This document shows, piece by piece, positions 41,700-53,611 of a DNA stretch of 64,000 bases; the first letter of the stretch is position 1; every line of letters starts with the position of its first letter. A model generated the notes under the pieces. The model did not search any database. It had not been told where the DNA came from and saw only the letters and a list, made by a program, of their open reading frames with translations. Both the position numbers and the translations under genes were made by a program. The stretch lies in contig OZ024743.1 of assembly GCA_964016885.1 (NCBI GenBank), positions 27,466,001-27,530,000 on the forward strand, given 5' to 3'. This DNA is from Eledone cirrhosa. Lineage: Eukaryota.

Positions 41700-44390
41700 G
41701 TTTTACCAATTGATTTATATCTAAACCCAGATATTTTACATTTTCCGGTTTAGGTTTATGTTGTGTTTTTTCCTTGTATAAACTCATCATAAAAAATCCT
41801 TTGGAAGCTTTGGGTCATTCATGTGAAGCAAAGCCCCACGCAGTGCATCTGACGCTTAATGATAAGAGAACTGCTTGTAAAACCTCAGTGTCAGGTGTTA
41901 TACTTCTCCATTTAATACCTTGAATCTGCCGAAGGTACTTTTGATGGAATATTTCAAGTATCTTCAAATGCCGATGGTGGGTGGTCCATGCATCACACTC
42001 ATACAACGAAACTTTAAGCACACATGCTCATCAATATTATAACTTTGTCTAACCACACGCTTTTCACTGATTTTATAAATCAGGGCTTGCCTTCTGTACC
42101 TGAAGTTATATTTCTGCTCCTAAGCTCACATTCCTTGACAGCGTACTACCCAAATATACAAACATCCGCCACTGTCAACTTAGTGCCATTCACATTTATA
42201 TTTTGCACAACATAAGGTTCCTTTGTTAAGCTTACAGTAAGTTCAAAAATATCGTTAAGTTTCAGGAAATTTATCCATCGTGACTGCATGTCTGACTCTT
42301 AGTGGGTGGACAACAAAGTCCGTATCATCAGAATACAAAAGTTCGTGAATTAAGACATTGAATGTCATAGAATTGTTATTAAATCCTCTTAAGTTAATGA
42401 CTTGACCAAATGTTTATTCCCTATTGCAGTTGAGATATGCATAAGCTAAGTGAATGCCAAAGTATGCAGCAAATAGTGTTGGAGCAGGAATGCCCCATTG
42501 TCCACAGAACTTTGTTCTGAGGATTTTCCATTGAATCAAACGTGTCCTTCATGTCTTGATATAGTTGTTTGAAGATCTGCAACAATCTCTGTTGACAGGC
42601 TAATGTATTAAGAATGATCCATAAGGCTTCTCTGTATGAAAAGCCTTACACAAGTCAATAAAAACTTGATATAACAGAATGTGCTGGTCTATGCCTTTTC
42701 CCTGCAGCTATCTAGCTGAACAGATTGTATCCACTGTTCTCAATCCTGCTCTGGGACCAGATTGAGTTTCTGGAAAAATCAGTAGCCATATACTTTTCGA
42801 AAGGTGATTTAGCATCAGTCTAGATATGACCTTCCAAAAGTTTCTAGTATTATGATCCCACAGAAGTTGTTACAATTGGATTCTCTTCCTTTACCTTTGC
42901 AGATGGTGATCAAGACTTCACCAACGCAGTTTTGTGGTATTGCTGCTGGGGCTAACTCTCTATAACATCAAACATTTTCATTAGAAGGAATGTAAAAAAG
43001 ATCAGAGAAATGCTCTTTTAACCAGTTCATAATGTTCACCAGGTTTTTAAAGAGAAGTAAACCATCTTTCGGTTGCACAAGTGAAGAGGTTTGAGGACCG
43101 AAATATTGCCGTAATAAGGCATAAAACGTTTTACTATCCTTACTATTAAAGGCAGCTTTCAGCCCATGAGCAATCGTCTTTTATCCTTTTCAGTTGAAGT
43201 TGTAATGTGGCTTTGTATTCTTTATATACCCTCCCAGTAGCAGGTTGTATTAAGGGATTCTCAACCAGGATCGTTTCATAGAGTATCTGTATTCATTTTA
43301 GTTACTGGCTGGTCCTAGGATCATTATCTAACCATTCTTAATGATTTTAACACTACAGCCATACAACCAAGTATGTGCACTTGTGATCATTAACATTGTC
43401 CTATGTTCCATCCAGTTCTAGACCATCATGTCGTTAAGATAAAGTTTGAAGAATACCAGACTGTCAGTTTACCAACATCAATACGACTCGGAATCTTGAT
43501 CGCACTCATACGGTCATTCTTATAGATACCAAATTTAAACTTTCCCCGGACCAGCTTGTGATACATGTCACATTCTGCACCAGGCACCACACGTAGAATA
43601 TAACCATCAATAAGATCACATTTACGGATGATGACAAACCCATACTTCGATCTCGGATGAGTCCATGCATTTGTCTTTAAGTTTGTATTGGAAATCGGCG
43701 AATTGAGTTCTGAACAAAGTTCAAGTAACTTCAGACCATTTCCATTCACTTTACCCAGGCCATGCCGGCCAAGAACATTCCTTCGGTGTGGACATAATAG
43801 CAGTATGAAGGCTTTCATAGAAAGTCATAACAGTTTCTTCATTGGCTTGGAGTGTTGCTGCAAAAACTGAGTGGAACACGTAGCTTTATTATGCGATCAG
43901 ACGGACACTGTAAATGTTTTGCCGATGCTGTTCGGATAGCAAAACTAGCCACACCTTCTCGACGCTCGTCTTTAGGCTTACTAACCCAGATATGTGTATA
44001 TTCTGATGTTACATGGTACGTCAGTCAACTGATCTTCACCAGAATAGACCCATTTCTGATAGAACTGCAATATCTATATGTAGTCATTGGTGTTCCTTAG
44101 TTACAAGTGCGGTTCTTCTTTCTGGCTGGTTTGATCAATTCTGGTCTAAAAGTGTTCTAGCCTTCTAACAGCAAAGTTGGAACTTAATTTGCACGAATGC
44201 ACTTAATTTAGCATGTCTGTCATCTTTTCTGCTCCTGTTTATACGAACCACCGTTAGCCACATGGAACAAGCCAGTATTGATGTATAAAATAATGCCCAA
44301 TACCCCTTTTCTATCACCTTCCTAACCCACTGGGTGAACAGTGCAGTCTTTAACAGGGCTGCTCAGACACAGGAGCCTCCACCGAAGTAG
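41700..44390 (-). mobile_element. Decayed RTE-clade LINE (AP endonuclease + RT + 5' UTR remnants)
   Basis: VLGRHGLGKVNGNGLKLLELC..WTHPRSK (endonuclease) and LYECDAWT..HLKILEIFHQKYLRQIQGIKW (RT C-terminus); many stops and frameshifts. Confidence 0.85.
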
Positions 44391-44744
44391 CTAATACATA
44401 TTATAAAACTAGTACATATTTTATTGAATCGAACACGAAGAGTTAGAAGGTGAATGTAGTCAGGATTGAGACAAAGAATAATTTATATACGTAATCAGAC
44501 ACCGTAAACTACCAGATGCAACCTCAGATTGAATATGTATTCATTCTTATGACACAACAAACATACTAGGAAAGTTATAAATTTCCCTTCAATGTGGCAT
44601 AAAATACTAAAACACTAATAAAAATGAAATTCGTACATTATCCACTGAATAATGTTTCTATGAGAACCCGTTAGATAATGCCCAACGTATACACACACAA
44701 ACATTATACACACACACATACACACATATATATATATATACATG

Positions 44745-44777
<33 letters not shown>

Positions 44778-45529
44778 GTATATATATATATATGTGTATA
44801 TATTGTCGATAGGAGATATTAAAAACTAACGTGGTAATAAATCTTACATGAATATGGGGTAGAAAAAATACACAAAATATTTAAATGCATATTTGTAAAA
44901 GACTAGAAATCAATACACATTCGTTGGCTCTGGTATAATAATTTAGGTTGTCGATGATAAAATACTGGTATTAGAATTACTTTACATTATAAGAACATTA
45001 AAAAATACAAAATGATTTAATTCTAAAACAAATGGTGCTGTTCGGCGCCAGACGTTCAGTTATACAAGAAAATGCTGAAGAAATCTAATGTTATTCTGCA
45101 GTATTTCATTTAAAAGCAGTTCTATTTGAGAAACATCTATTATAGAAATTAAAACAATTTATCGTGAAAACTAAACATCATGATGACAAATATGATGCAA
45201 GATGATATAGAAAAATTTAGACAGTTAAAGATATGTGTTATTAAGATAATACTTTCAGTACTCGCCTTCTTTACAATAATATTTTTATATTCTTATTACA
45301 TCTACATACACACATGAGGGCCGATTGAATACGCACCTCTATTTACTTTTTGCTCACATTTTTTTTGCTCATTTTCCTCGATAATTCCTCTCATCACTTT
45401 CTATTTATATTCTGGTGGAGGACTAGAGTCCGAAACGTTAAGACTCACTTCCCGCTATTTCAAGCGTTAAACTAATAAATGTCTTCCATGTACTGTGTCG
45501 TTTGTTTTGTTATTTTTGTTATTACTTTT

Positions 45530-45746
<217 letters not shown>

Positions 45747-45751
45747 CAGAG

Positions 45752-45863
45752 ATACGGGGGTGCCAACAGGCACTAGACCATTTTAAAATATAACATTTTT
45801 ACAATATTTAATATATAAATATGTTATTATATCTTGAAATGGTGTAGTGACCTATTGGCAACC

Positions 45864-45869
<6 letters not shown>
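45752..45869. mobile_element. Short imperfect fold-back of a PLE-like terminus between (TA)n tracts
   Basis: Arms ATACGGGGGTGCCAACAGGCACTAGACCATTT and AAATGGTGTAGTGACCTATTGGCAACCCTGTAT; CCAACAGGCACTAG is shared with the family B terminus (~3830). Confidence 0.55.
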
Positions 45870-45901
<32 letters not shown>

Positions 45902-46221
45902 GTTATATAGTAAGGTGTATTATTGGTTGTGTAAAACGGTCAAATAAATTTATGTTAGCAATATTAAGTTCTCCACGCTTTTGTATATCTCCAATTCCAT
46001 TCAAGGGAACAGCTTGATGATGTAAAACGGAGTATAAGTATCAAAGCCATGATCAATTATCACTGAACTCATCAGGTGAAAATGAATTGTCTTCAAATTC
46101 TTGATATGAGGGAGAAAATTAGCAATGTTCACTCACAGAGTTTATTCCCTCATATGAAGATCCAGTTGGTCAAATCTCAATTTGACGATGTAAATTGGAA
46201 ATATTGGGTTAACCACAGCCC

Positions 46222-46252
<31 letters not shown>

Positions 46253-46396
46253 GCACAAGCAAGTAAGTTCAGTTCAGCGTTCTGTTATACATATATAGAT
46301 TGAATTGTAACATCCGTATCTTCAAGTGCATGTTATGGTATATATACATCCGTATCGTCCGAAAAAGTGCATGTCAGGTATATACACATCCATGTG

Positions 46397-46455
46397 AAGA
46401 GCAAGCAATCAGCTCATATCGAACTGAGTTCGATATGAGCTGATTGCTTGCTCTT
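46397..46455. repeat. Perfect 29-bp inverted repeat with a 1-nt spacer
   Basis: AAGAGCAAGCAATCAGCTCATATCGAACT g AGTTCGATATGAGCTGATTGCTTGCTCTT. Confidence 0.95.
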
Positions 46456-46938
46456 GAGATTTGACCAATGTAGAATTTGTTGTTTTGTAAACGAACTTTC
46501 GGTGAATGCTGTGTTGGTATATTCTTATTATTATATTTGTTGTTTTTTTTCTATGACATCGCTTCGGTGTGTGTGGTAGTGTGTGTGTGTACCCACTCAC
46601 ACTAATTGTAACCTTCTAGAGTTCTACAGGTTTGATGCTATGTTGATATGTGTATATATATATATATTCTTTTTTTCTTTGACCTCGAGCCGGTGTGTAT
46701 GGGTGTTGAGTGTGTGTGTACCCACTCACATTAACTGTGACCGACTGTATTTCTACAGATCTGATTAATGTCCAGCGTCCTTTGCAGCTATGGAGATTTG
46801 ACAGTTTTATGACCCTAACTGAAGCTGATAGCAGTCGCCGTATTTCTGACTACTGGATCTTCATATGAGGAAATAAACTCTGTGAGTGAACATTGCTAAT
46901 TTTCTCCCTCATTTCAAGAATTTGAAGACAATTCATTT

Positions 46939-47012
46939 TCACCTGATGAGATCAGTGATAATTGATCATGGCTTTACGATCGATCTATCTCTTATTGAAA
47001 CATGTGTCGTGA
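46939..47012 (+). ncRNA. Type I hammerhead ribozyme with an extended helix II (family O)
   Basis: TCAC CTGATGA ..GATA ATTGATC..GATCGAT c TATC.. GAAA CATGTG TC | GTGA. Confidence 0.65.
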
Positions 47013-47161
47013 TTAAAATGATTGGAATTTTACCTTGCCTTCAGATTTTCATTTTGATATATATACATAACGAAGGAATTGTGGTAAGGAACCAGATGGA
47101 CCATAACGCACCAGAGTACTCAATACTTAGGGTAATAGAGTGGGTATTAGGAAAATGTATG

Positions 47162-47257
47162 ACCCTGACGGTAGAACTCAAGCCGTTTCGACGGCTATTT
47201 CTGGACTAAATTAGGATTTTTAGCCTGGTAAATAAATAGCCGAACTTGTCAAGGGGT
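47162..47257 (-). ncRNA. Type I hammerhead, UUGACAA core (family G, left arm)
   Basis: Reverse complement of the right-arm ribozyme, with the same core. Confidence 0.7.
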
Positions 47258-47576
47258 ACTTCTTACTTCCTTATATGGGAAGATTGTAGTTGTCAAGAGG
47301 ATTGGTCCAAATTTGTTGTAAACACAAATGAGTCTGTCATGGCATTTGGTGGGAGGTAGGGGTGGGTGAACTTGCCTGTAGAACAATGAGGGAGTGAGTG
47401 GAGCCGGTCAAGCGTTGAAAGTGAAACTATACAGTAGATTCCAAGGATTGTTCTACAGACAAGTTCACCCACCCCTACCTCCCACCAAATGCCATGACAG
47501 ACTTATTTGTGTTTACAACAAATTTTGACCAATCTTCTTGACACCTACAATCTTCCCATATAAGGAAGTAGGAAGT

Positions 47577-47671
47577 ACCCCTTGACAAGTTCGGCTATTT
47601 ATTTACCAGGCTAAAAATTCTAATTTAGTCCAGAAATAGCCGTCGAAACGGCTTGAGCTCTGCCGTCGGGT
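47577..47671 (+). ncRNA. Type I hammerhead, UUGACAA core, extended helix II (family G)
   Basis: ACCCC TTGACAA gtt CGGCTATTT..AAATAGCCG tc GAAA CGGC ttGAGCTCt GCCG TC | GGGT. Confidence 0.78.
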
Positions 47672-47678
47672 CATACTT

Positions 47679-47738
<60 letters not shown>

Positions 47739-47799
47739 CCCTCCCAATGTATAACAATATATATATAAATATATATATATATATACATCTAAATATATA

Positions 47800-48030
47800 T
47801 AAAAGTACGGCTCTTTCCGAACTGATCTGGAAGCTCAAGCTGGACAGGACCCCGTACTCTCTGGCCTAGTCCAAAATCAGGGACGTACCACCTGATAGAG
47901 GGGGACCTTGCATCTGCAAACTATGTCTGAGCGAGACCCTCGAGATACTCTTTGGTGGAAGAGCCTAATAAACCTCAAGACCTACCTCTTCGGTACATGT
48001 AGACACCTCAAGGTCGGGACCTTCCTCAAG
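47800..48030 (+). pseudogene. PLE GIY-YIG C-terminal fragment
   Basis: KSTALSELIWKLK..YSLA*..CKLCLSETLEIL..GTCRH. Confidence 0.7.
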
Positions 48031-48363
48031 CTATATGGACAATAACAACACATTGGGATGGGAACTTCCCTCAAGCTATAGGGCCCGCCACACCGAGCCC
48101 AAGGTAAACCACCCCCTATACACTTACCACCCCTACTCTTGCCTCGATCGACTCCTATAGCAACACATACTTATAGATATGTCCATACATAGATACTGTT
48201 GTGTAACATTATACATACATAGATACTTACATATATGTATATATATTTATATAGTAATAATAATAAATTTGAAGACTAAAATCCAAAGAGGTCTCGATAA
48301 GGATAAATATATATCAGATATATAAGAACCGTAGGGCAAATATTTATTAAAATAACAGATTAA

Positions 48364-48414
48364 AGTTTAAGCAAAGAATCGCTGCTTTCACCCTTAACGG
48401 GATCTTCTGAAACT
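48364..48414 (-). ncRNA. Type I hammerhead-like motif with a CAGAAGA core (family M)
   Basis: Minus: AGTTT CAGAAGA t CCC gttaa GGG t GAAA GCA gcgattctt TGC TT | AAACT; part of fragment 48260-48415. Confidence 0.62.
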
Positions 48415-48433
48415 AAATATATATATATATATG

Positions 48434-48512
<79 letters not shown>

Positions 48513-49476
48513 ATGTATGTATATGTATATGTATATGTATATGTGTGCATATATATATATGGAAAGCACCTGTGCGTGTGTGTTTGCAACGATGTACGTT
48601 GACATACACGCATATGTACTTAATGCGGAAATAGGAACCGTAGTCCTTTGCATTTCTAGATTTTGACACTCAGGTTTTTGGTGTTTTAAACTCCACTTTT
48701 ATCTCATTTGCTCTCAAAATGCACCACTCGATGATAAAATAAGAATTGTATTTCTTTACACTTCTCGATTCTGACACACAGGTTTTCTACTTCAGTTAAT
48801 ATTTTTCAAATCTTTCAAATTTTGATATTGTTTGTAACACACATGCATTTTTTATTTGTTTGGCACCCCCCAGCACGTGAAATGGTGGCAGGATAGATGC
48901 TAACCTACACACAAATTCTTCAGAACTAGCAGCAACCCACTAACAGCTGACCCCTTAACACCACTACCACTACCAACACAATGGAGGAGGTCAGCTGTAC
49001 TTAAACATGCGGACAAAAACAACTACACCAGATTGTCTTGCCTCAGAAAAGTTTCTATAGAGTTTTGACTGAGGAGTGTTCTCACAACTGACCAATGGGA
49101 TGCGAGCGTGTCCTATGACACCGAAATTCGTTTGTTCTAACTCATATGAATCCAGTTCCTCAGAGGCATAAGGACACAACCAGGAGCTGGACATATCGAG
49201 GTATTGACGGAGTAAAACACACTTCATCAACATGTGTACCGGGTCTTTCCCACACCAATTCGGACTGCCTGCAGAGGTCACAGCCATTGATGGCTGTCAC
49301 CGAAATCTATATAGCAGTATATCTATAATTTATAATAAACGAAGCCAAATTTTACATATTTGACTTAATTATATTACATTACTCCAGAGTAAACAAACCA
49401 ACCTGCGTACTTCGTCGAGTGCTCCAATCTGCATTCTGATGTGTCGGTAAACAACCAACATATACTCAAAATCTAA

Positions 49477-49513
<37 letters not shown>

Positions 49514-49975
49514 TTGGTAAACGGAATAGAAAATGCTGACAAATTGTTCACAGTTGAAAAATGGTTTAATTAGGAATAAAAGAGTATTAGTGATTGTATG
49601 GGTTAGTATTCAGTTGTGGTTTTAAGTTTTTAAGTTTTTACCGGTTGCGCATTTCTAAATGCTTTTCAAAAATAATTTTGAGATAGAGTGTCCGTGCTGT
49701 TTGCTCTGATCTGATTAGTTTTGGGAATTCTACCTGTTTTTATGTTAAAAAAGTGGCTCCAATTTGCAAAAATTCTTGTGGTCAAAACAATTTTGATTGG
49801 TCGGTAGAGGTTATGTGAATGTAAAAATTGATTTTGCGCCAAGACTGTTTTTATGTTAAAAAAGTGGCTCCAGAAAAAATTCTTGTGGTCAAAACAATTT
49901 TGATTGGTCGGCAGAGGTCATGTGAATAAAAAATTGGTTTTGCGCCAAGATTGAGAAATGACTCTTTCACAACAA

Positions 49976-50015
<40 letters not shown>

Positions 50016-50087
50016 TAGTAGTAGTAGTAAGGTGTTCGATGTTGTGATAATGGTTAGCAGCGATGTGTGTCAAATGGCTATTAAGAT

Positions 50088-50138
<51 letters not shown>

Positions 50139-50297
50139 GCAGAGTAATTTGTGGTGGCAGGGATGGTCAGTAAGAATGTGTCTGAAAGCATGTCAAAAGA
50201 TATTTTTCAGCTTTTGTCTTATACGGAGAATTGCGTGTGTGTGTGTGTATATATAAGTCTCTTTGTATGTTGATGTACGCGTGTGTATGTGTGTGTG

Positions 50298-50352
<55 letters not shown>

Positions 50353-50503
50353 ACCAGTATTTTTTCCCCCCTGGTAAAATGGTGTACATTATTCGATTTT
50401 TTCAGTAAAATCGGTTCTCTTAATAGAACATCAAAAATCTTAACAATAAAAGGTGTGAAATGATATTCACTATATATATATATATATACACACATGCATA
50501 TAT

Positions 50504-50551
<48 letters not shown>

Positions 50552-50693
50552 TACATACATATATATGCACATATATTTTTTTGTGTTGCACCATAGAACA
50601 TGTGTGTTTACGTATGTCATTGTGTTTATATGTGGGTAGAGATGTGTGCTGATGTAGGTATGTATGTTGACGTGTGTATGTTGTGGGTTCGTC

Positions 50694-51260
50694 TTAGGGA
50701 GAACTGTTTAGACGGGGTCCGTATTTGTTAATGAAGTAAGATTCCTTGCTGATGCGCTGGGTGTGGGTGGCATTATCTTTAAATTTGTAGAGGGGAAAGA
50801 TTCTGAAGTTGGGATGATTTTGGGCGGCACAGGTATCAATGTGTTCACTCAGTGGTATTTTCCTGTATTCCCGTATTTTGATTTGGGATCTATGGACAGT
50901 CATGCGTTGGCGGAGGCTGTTTTTGGTCTGGCCTATGTATTGTTCTCGACAACCTGAACAAGTTAATACATATATTAGATTTTCCGATGCACATGTGAAA
51001 TTGTGTTTTACTATAAAACTTTGTCCATCTTTGAAATAGAATTCCGAACCCTCTATTAGGTTGATGCAAATGCCACAGTTGGGTCTATCGCATTTTTTTA
51101 CTGTGGGTTTCGTTGTTGTGGTTGGCAGTACTTTGGCATGTGTTAAGATGTTTTTCATTGACTTGGATTGTCTTTTGCTCTTTATGATATCGTGTGTTCG
51201 TAGAATTTGGTTCATTCTATGGTCCTTTTTCAATACAGGGATGTTCTGGAGGATGGTGCC
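50694..51260 (-). CDS. PLE C-terminal GIY-YIG endonuclease domain (5'-truncated, reading frame open)
   Basis: KCDRPNCGIC..FTCASENLIYVLTCSGCREQYIGQT..LRQRMTVH..LSEHI..KESYFINKYGPRLN. Confidence 0.85.
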   Translation of the reverse strand, partial: GTILQNIPVLKKDHRMNQILRTHDIIKSKRQSKSMKNILTHAKVLPTTTTKPTVKKCDRPNCGICINLIEGSEFYFKDGQSFIVKHNFTCASENLIYVLTCSGCREQYIGQTKNSLRQRMTVHRSQIKIREYRKIPLSEHIDTCAAQNHPNFRIFPLYKFKDNATHTQRISKESYFINKYGPRLNSSP

Positions 51261-51262
51261 AA

Positions 51263-51796
51263 AAGGACCATAGAATGAACCAAATTCTACGAACACACAA
51301 TATCATAAAGAGCAAAAGACAATCCAAGTCAATGAAAAACATCTTCACACATGCCAAAGTACTGCCAACCACAACAACGAAACCCACAGTAAAAAAATGC
51401 GATAGACCCAACTGTGGCATTTGCATCAACCTAATAGAGGGTTCGGAATTCTATTTCAAAGATGGACAACGTTTTATAGTAAAACACAATTTCACATGTG
51501 CATCGGAAAATCTAATATATGTATTAACTTGTTCAGGTTGTCGAGAACAATACATAGGCCAGACCAAAAACAGCCTCCGCCAACGCATGACTGTCCATAG
51601 ATCCCAAATCAAAATACGGGAATACAGGAAAATACCACTGAGTGAACACATTGATACCTGTGCCGCCCAAAATCATCCCAACTTCAGAATCTTTCCTCTC
51701 TACAAATTTAAAGATAATGCCACCCACACCCAGCGCATCAGCAAGGAATCTTACTTCATTAACAAATACGGACCCCGTCTAAACACTTCTCCCTAA
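51263..51796 (+). CDS. Inverted duplicate of the PLE GIY-YIG domain
   Basis: Same peptide as 50694-51260 with a few substitutions. Confidence 0.85.
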   Translation, partial: KDHRMNQILRTHNIIKSKRQSKSMKNIFTHAKVLPTTTTKPTVKKCDRPNCGICINLIEGSEFYFKDGQRFIVKHNFTCASENLIYVLTCSGCREQYIGQTKNSLRQRMTVHRSQIKIREYRKIPLSEHIDTCAAQNHPNFRIFPLYKFKDNATHTQRISKESYFINKYGPRLNTSP

Positions 51797-52331
51797 GACG
51801 AACCCACAACATACACACGTCAACATACATACCTACATCAGCACACATCTCTACCCACATATAAACACAATGACATACGTAAACACACATGCTCTATGGT
51901 GCAACACAAAAAAATATATGTGCATATATATGTATGTATATATGTATATATATATATATAGTGAATATATGTATGTGTGTATATATATATATATAGTGAA
52001 TATCATTTCACACCTTTTATTGTTAAGATTTTTGATGTTCTATTAAGAGAACCGATTTTACTGAAAAAATCGAATAATGTACACCATTTTACCAGGGGGA
52101 AAAAAATACTGGTCCACCCACACACACACACATACACACACACACACATACACACACACACACATACACACGCGTACATCAACATACAAAGAGACTTATA
52201 TATACACACATACACACGCACTTCTCCGTATAAGACAAAAGGTGAAAAATATCTTTTGACATGCTAAAATACCCCCCATTGCTTTCAGACACATTCTTAC
52301 TGACCATCTCTGCCACCACGAATTACTCTGC

Positions 52332-52414
<83 letters not shown>

Positions 52415-52819
52415 ATCTTAATAGCCATTTGACACACATCGCTGCTAACCATTATCACAACATCGAACACCTTACTACTACTACTACACACACACATACA
52501 CACACACACACATATTTGTTGTGAAAGAGTCATTTCTCAATCTTGGCGCAAAACCAATTTTTTATTCACATGACCTCTACCGACCAATCACAATTGTTTT
52601 GACCACAAGAATTTTTTCTGGAGCCACTTTTTTAACATAAAAACAGTCTTGGCGCAAAATCAATTTTTTACATTCACATGACCTCTACCGACCAATCAAA
52701 ATTGTTTTGACCACAAGAATTTTTGCAAATTGGAGCCACTTTTTTAACATAAAAACAAGTAGAATTCCCAAAACTAATCAGATCAGAGCAAACAGCACGG
52801 ACACTCTATCTCAAAATTA

Positions 52820-52857
52820 TTTTTGAAAAGCATTTAGAAATGCGCAACCGGTAAAAA
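52820..52857 (+). ncRNA. Variant minimal hammerhead (UUGAAAA core, GCAA instead of GAAA); mirror copy at 49635-49672 (-)
   Basis: TTT TTGAAAA GCATT taga AATGC GCAA CCGG TA | AAAA, at the position where PLE HHRs normally sit. Confidence 0.5.
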
Positions 52858-53027
52858 CTTAAAAACTTAAAACCACAACTGAATACTAACCCATACAATC
52901 ACTAATACTCTTTTATTCCTAATTAAACCATTTTTCAACTGTGAACAATTTGTCAGCATTTTCTATTCCGTTTACCAATATATAATAACTTGTGTGTTAC
53001 ACCTCTATTCTTTTAACTATATATATA

Positions 53028-53090
<63 letters not shown>

Positions 53091-53404
53091 TCGCTTCTAT
53101 ATATATGGTTTCATATGGGGAAGGATTATTATTGGAACAACCAGTAATTGAAGAATCTGCCATACTCTTCAGGGGAGTTAAAATTCTTCAAGTCTAAGAG
53201 AAATGGAACAAGATATAATACATACTGTTTCCAAAGCCGAGGCAGCATAGTGAAATAATAATAGTCTTACGTTCTCAAATCTTGTACGGTATTATGACTA
53301 CTTGACAGGTTTATAATATCGCTAGTAATAGCATCCTAATAACCATCTTGTAATGCTTTATAAATATCGGAGCATTCTAATATTAATTAAAGGTTAAAAT
53401 AAAA

Positions 53405-53611
53405 TGAAATTTGTCGATCGAATGAGATCGAGAAAATAATGTTTCCGTTGGTCTTTCCAACCTATCCATCGGTGGCAACTCCAGGTAGAAGGAGCAACGT
53501 GAAATAAAGTACGTTTCTCAAGGATATAACGCATCGCCCGGTCCAAGAATCGAACTAACAAAATCACGATTGCGAATCCAGTTCTCTAACAAATCAGCCA
53601 CACGTCTTCAC
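53405..53611 (-). mobile_element. CORE-type tRNA SINE (family of 7376-7612)
   Basis: Reverse-complement match to 7376-7580. Confidence 0.72.

Larger units (their letters stand above)
46043..47060. mobile_element. PLE-terminal inverted arrangement (family O), arms ~46043-46166 and ~46852-46975
   Basis: ~124-bp inverted arms; the right arm continues into a complete HHR. Confidence 0.7.
47069..47683. mobile_element. PLE-terminal fold-back (family G), arms ~47157-47387 and ~47447-47682
   Basis: ~230-bp inverted arms with a ~60-bp spacer; terminus shared with 1071-1245; flanked by TA repeats. Confidence 0.8.
49514..52980. mobile_element. Penelope-like element 3' end as a ~3.5-kb fold-back (family H): arms 49514-51229 and 51261-52980
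   Basis: Near-identical inverted arms, each with a GIY-YIG ORF end, microsatellite-rich 3' UTR and terminus; 31-bp spacer; (TA)n on the left flank. Confidence 0.93.

Noticed and set aside
46310-46770. Short spaced direct repeats that could suggest a CRISPR array
   Set aside because: Only 2-3 diverged units without unique regular spacers, in eukaryotic repeat DNA, with no cas genes.
48991-49287. 98-aa minus ORF with Cys/His residues, possibly an L1/Tx1 3' remnant
   Set aside because: Only a vague zinc-knuckle resemblance; cannot assign it.
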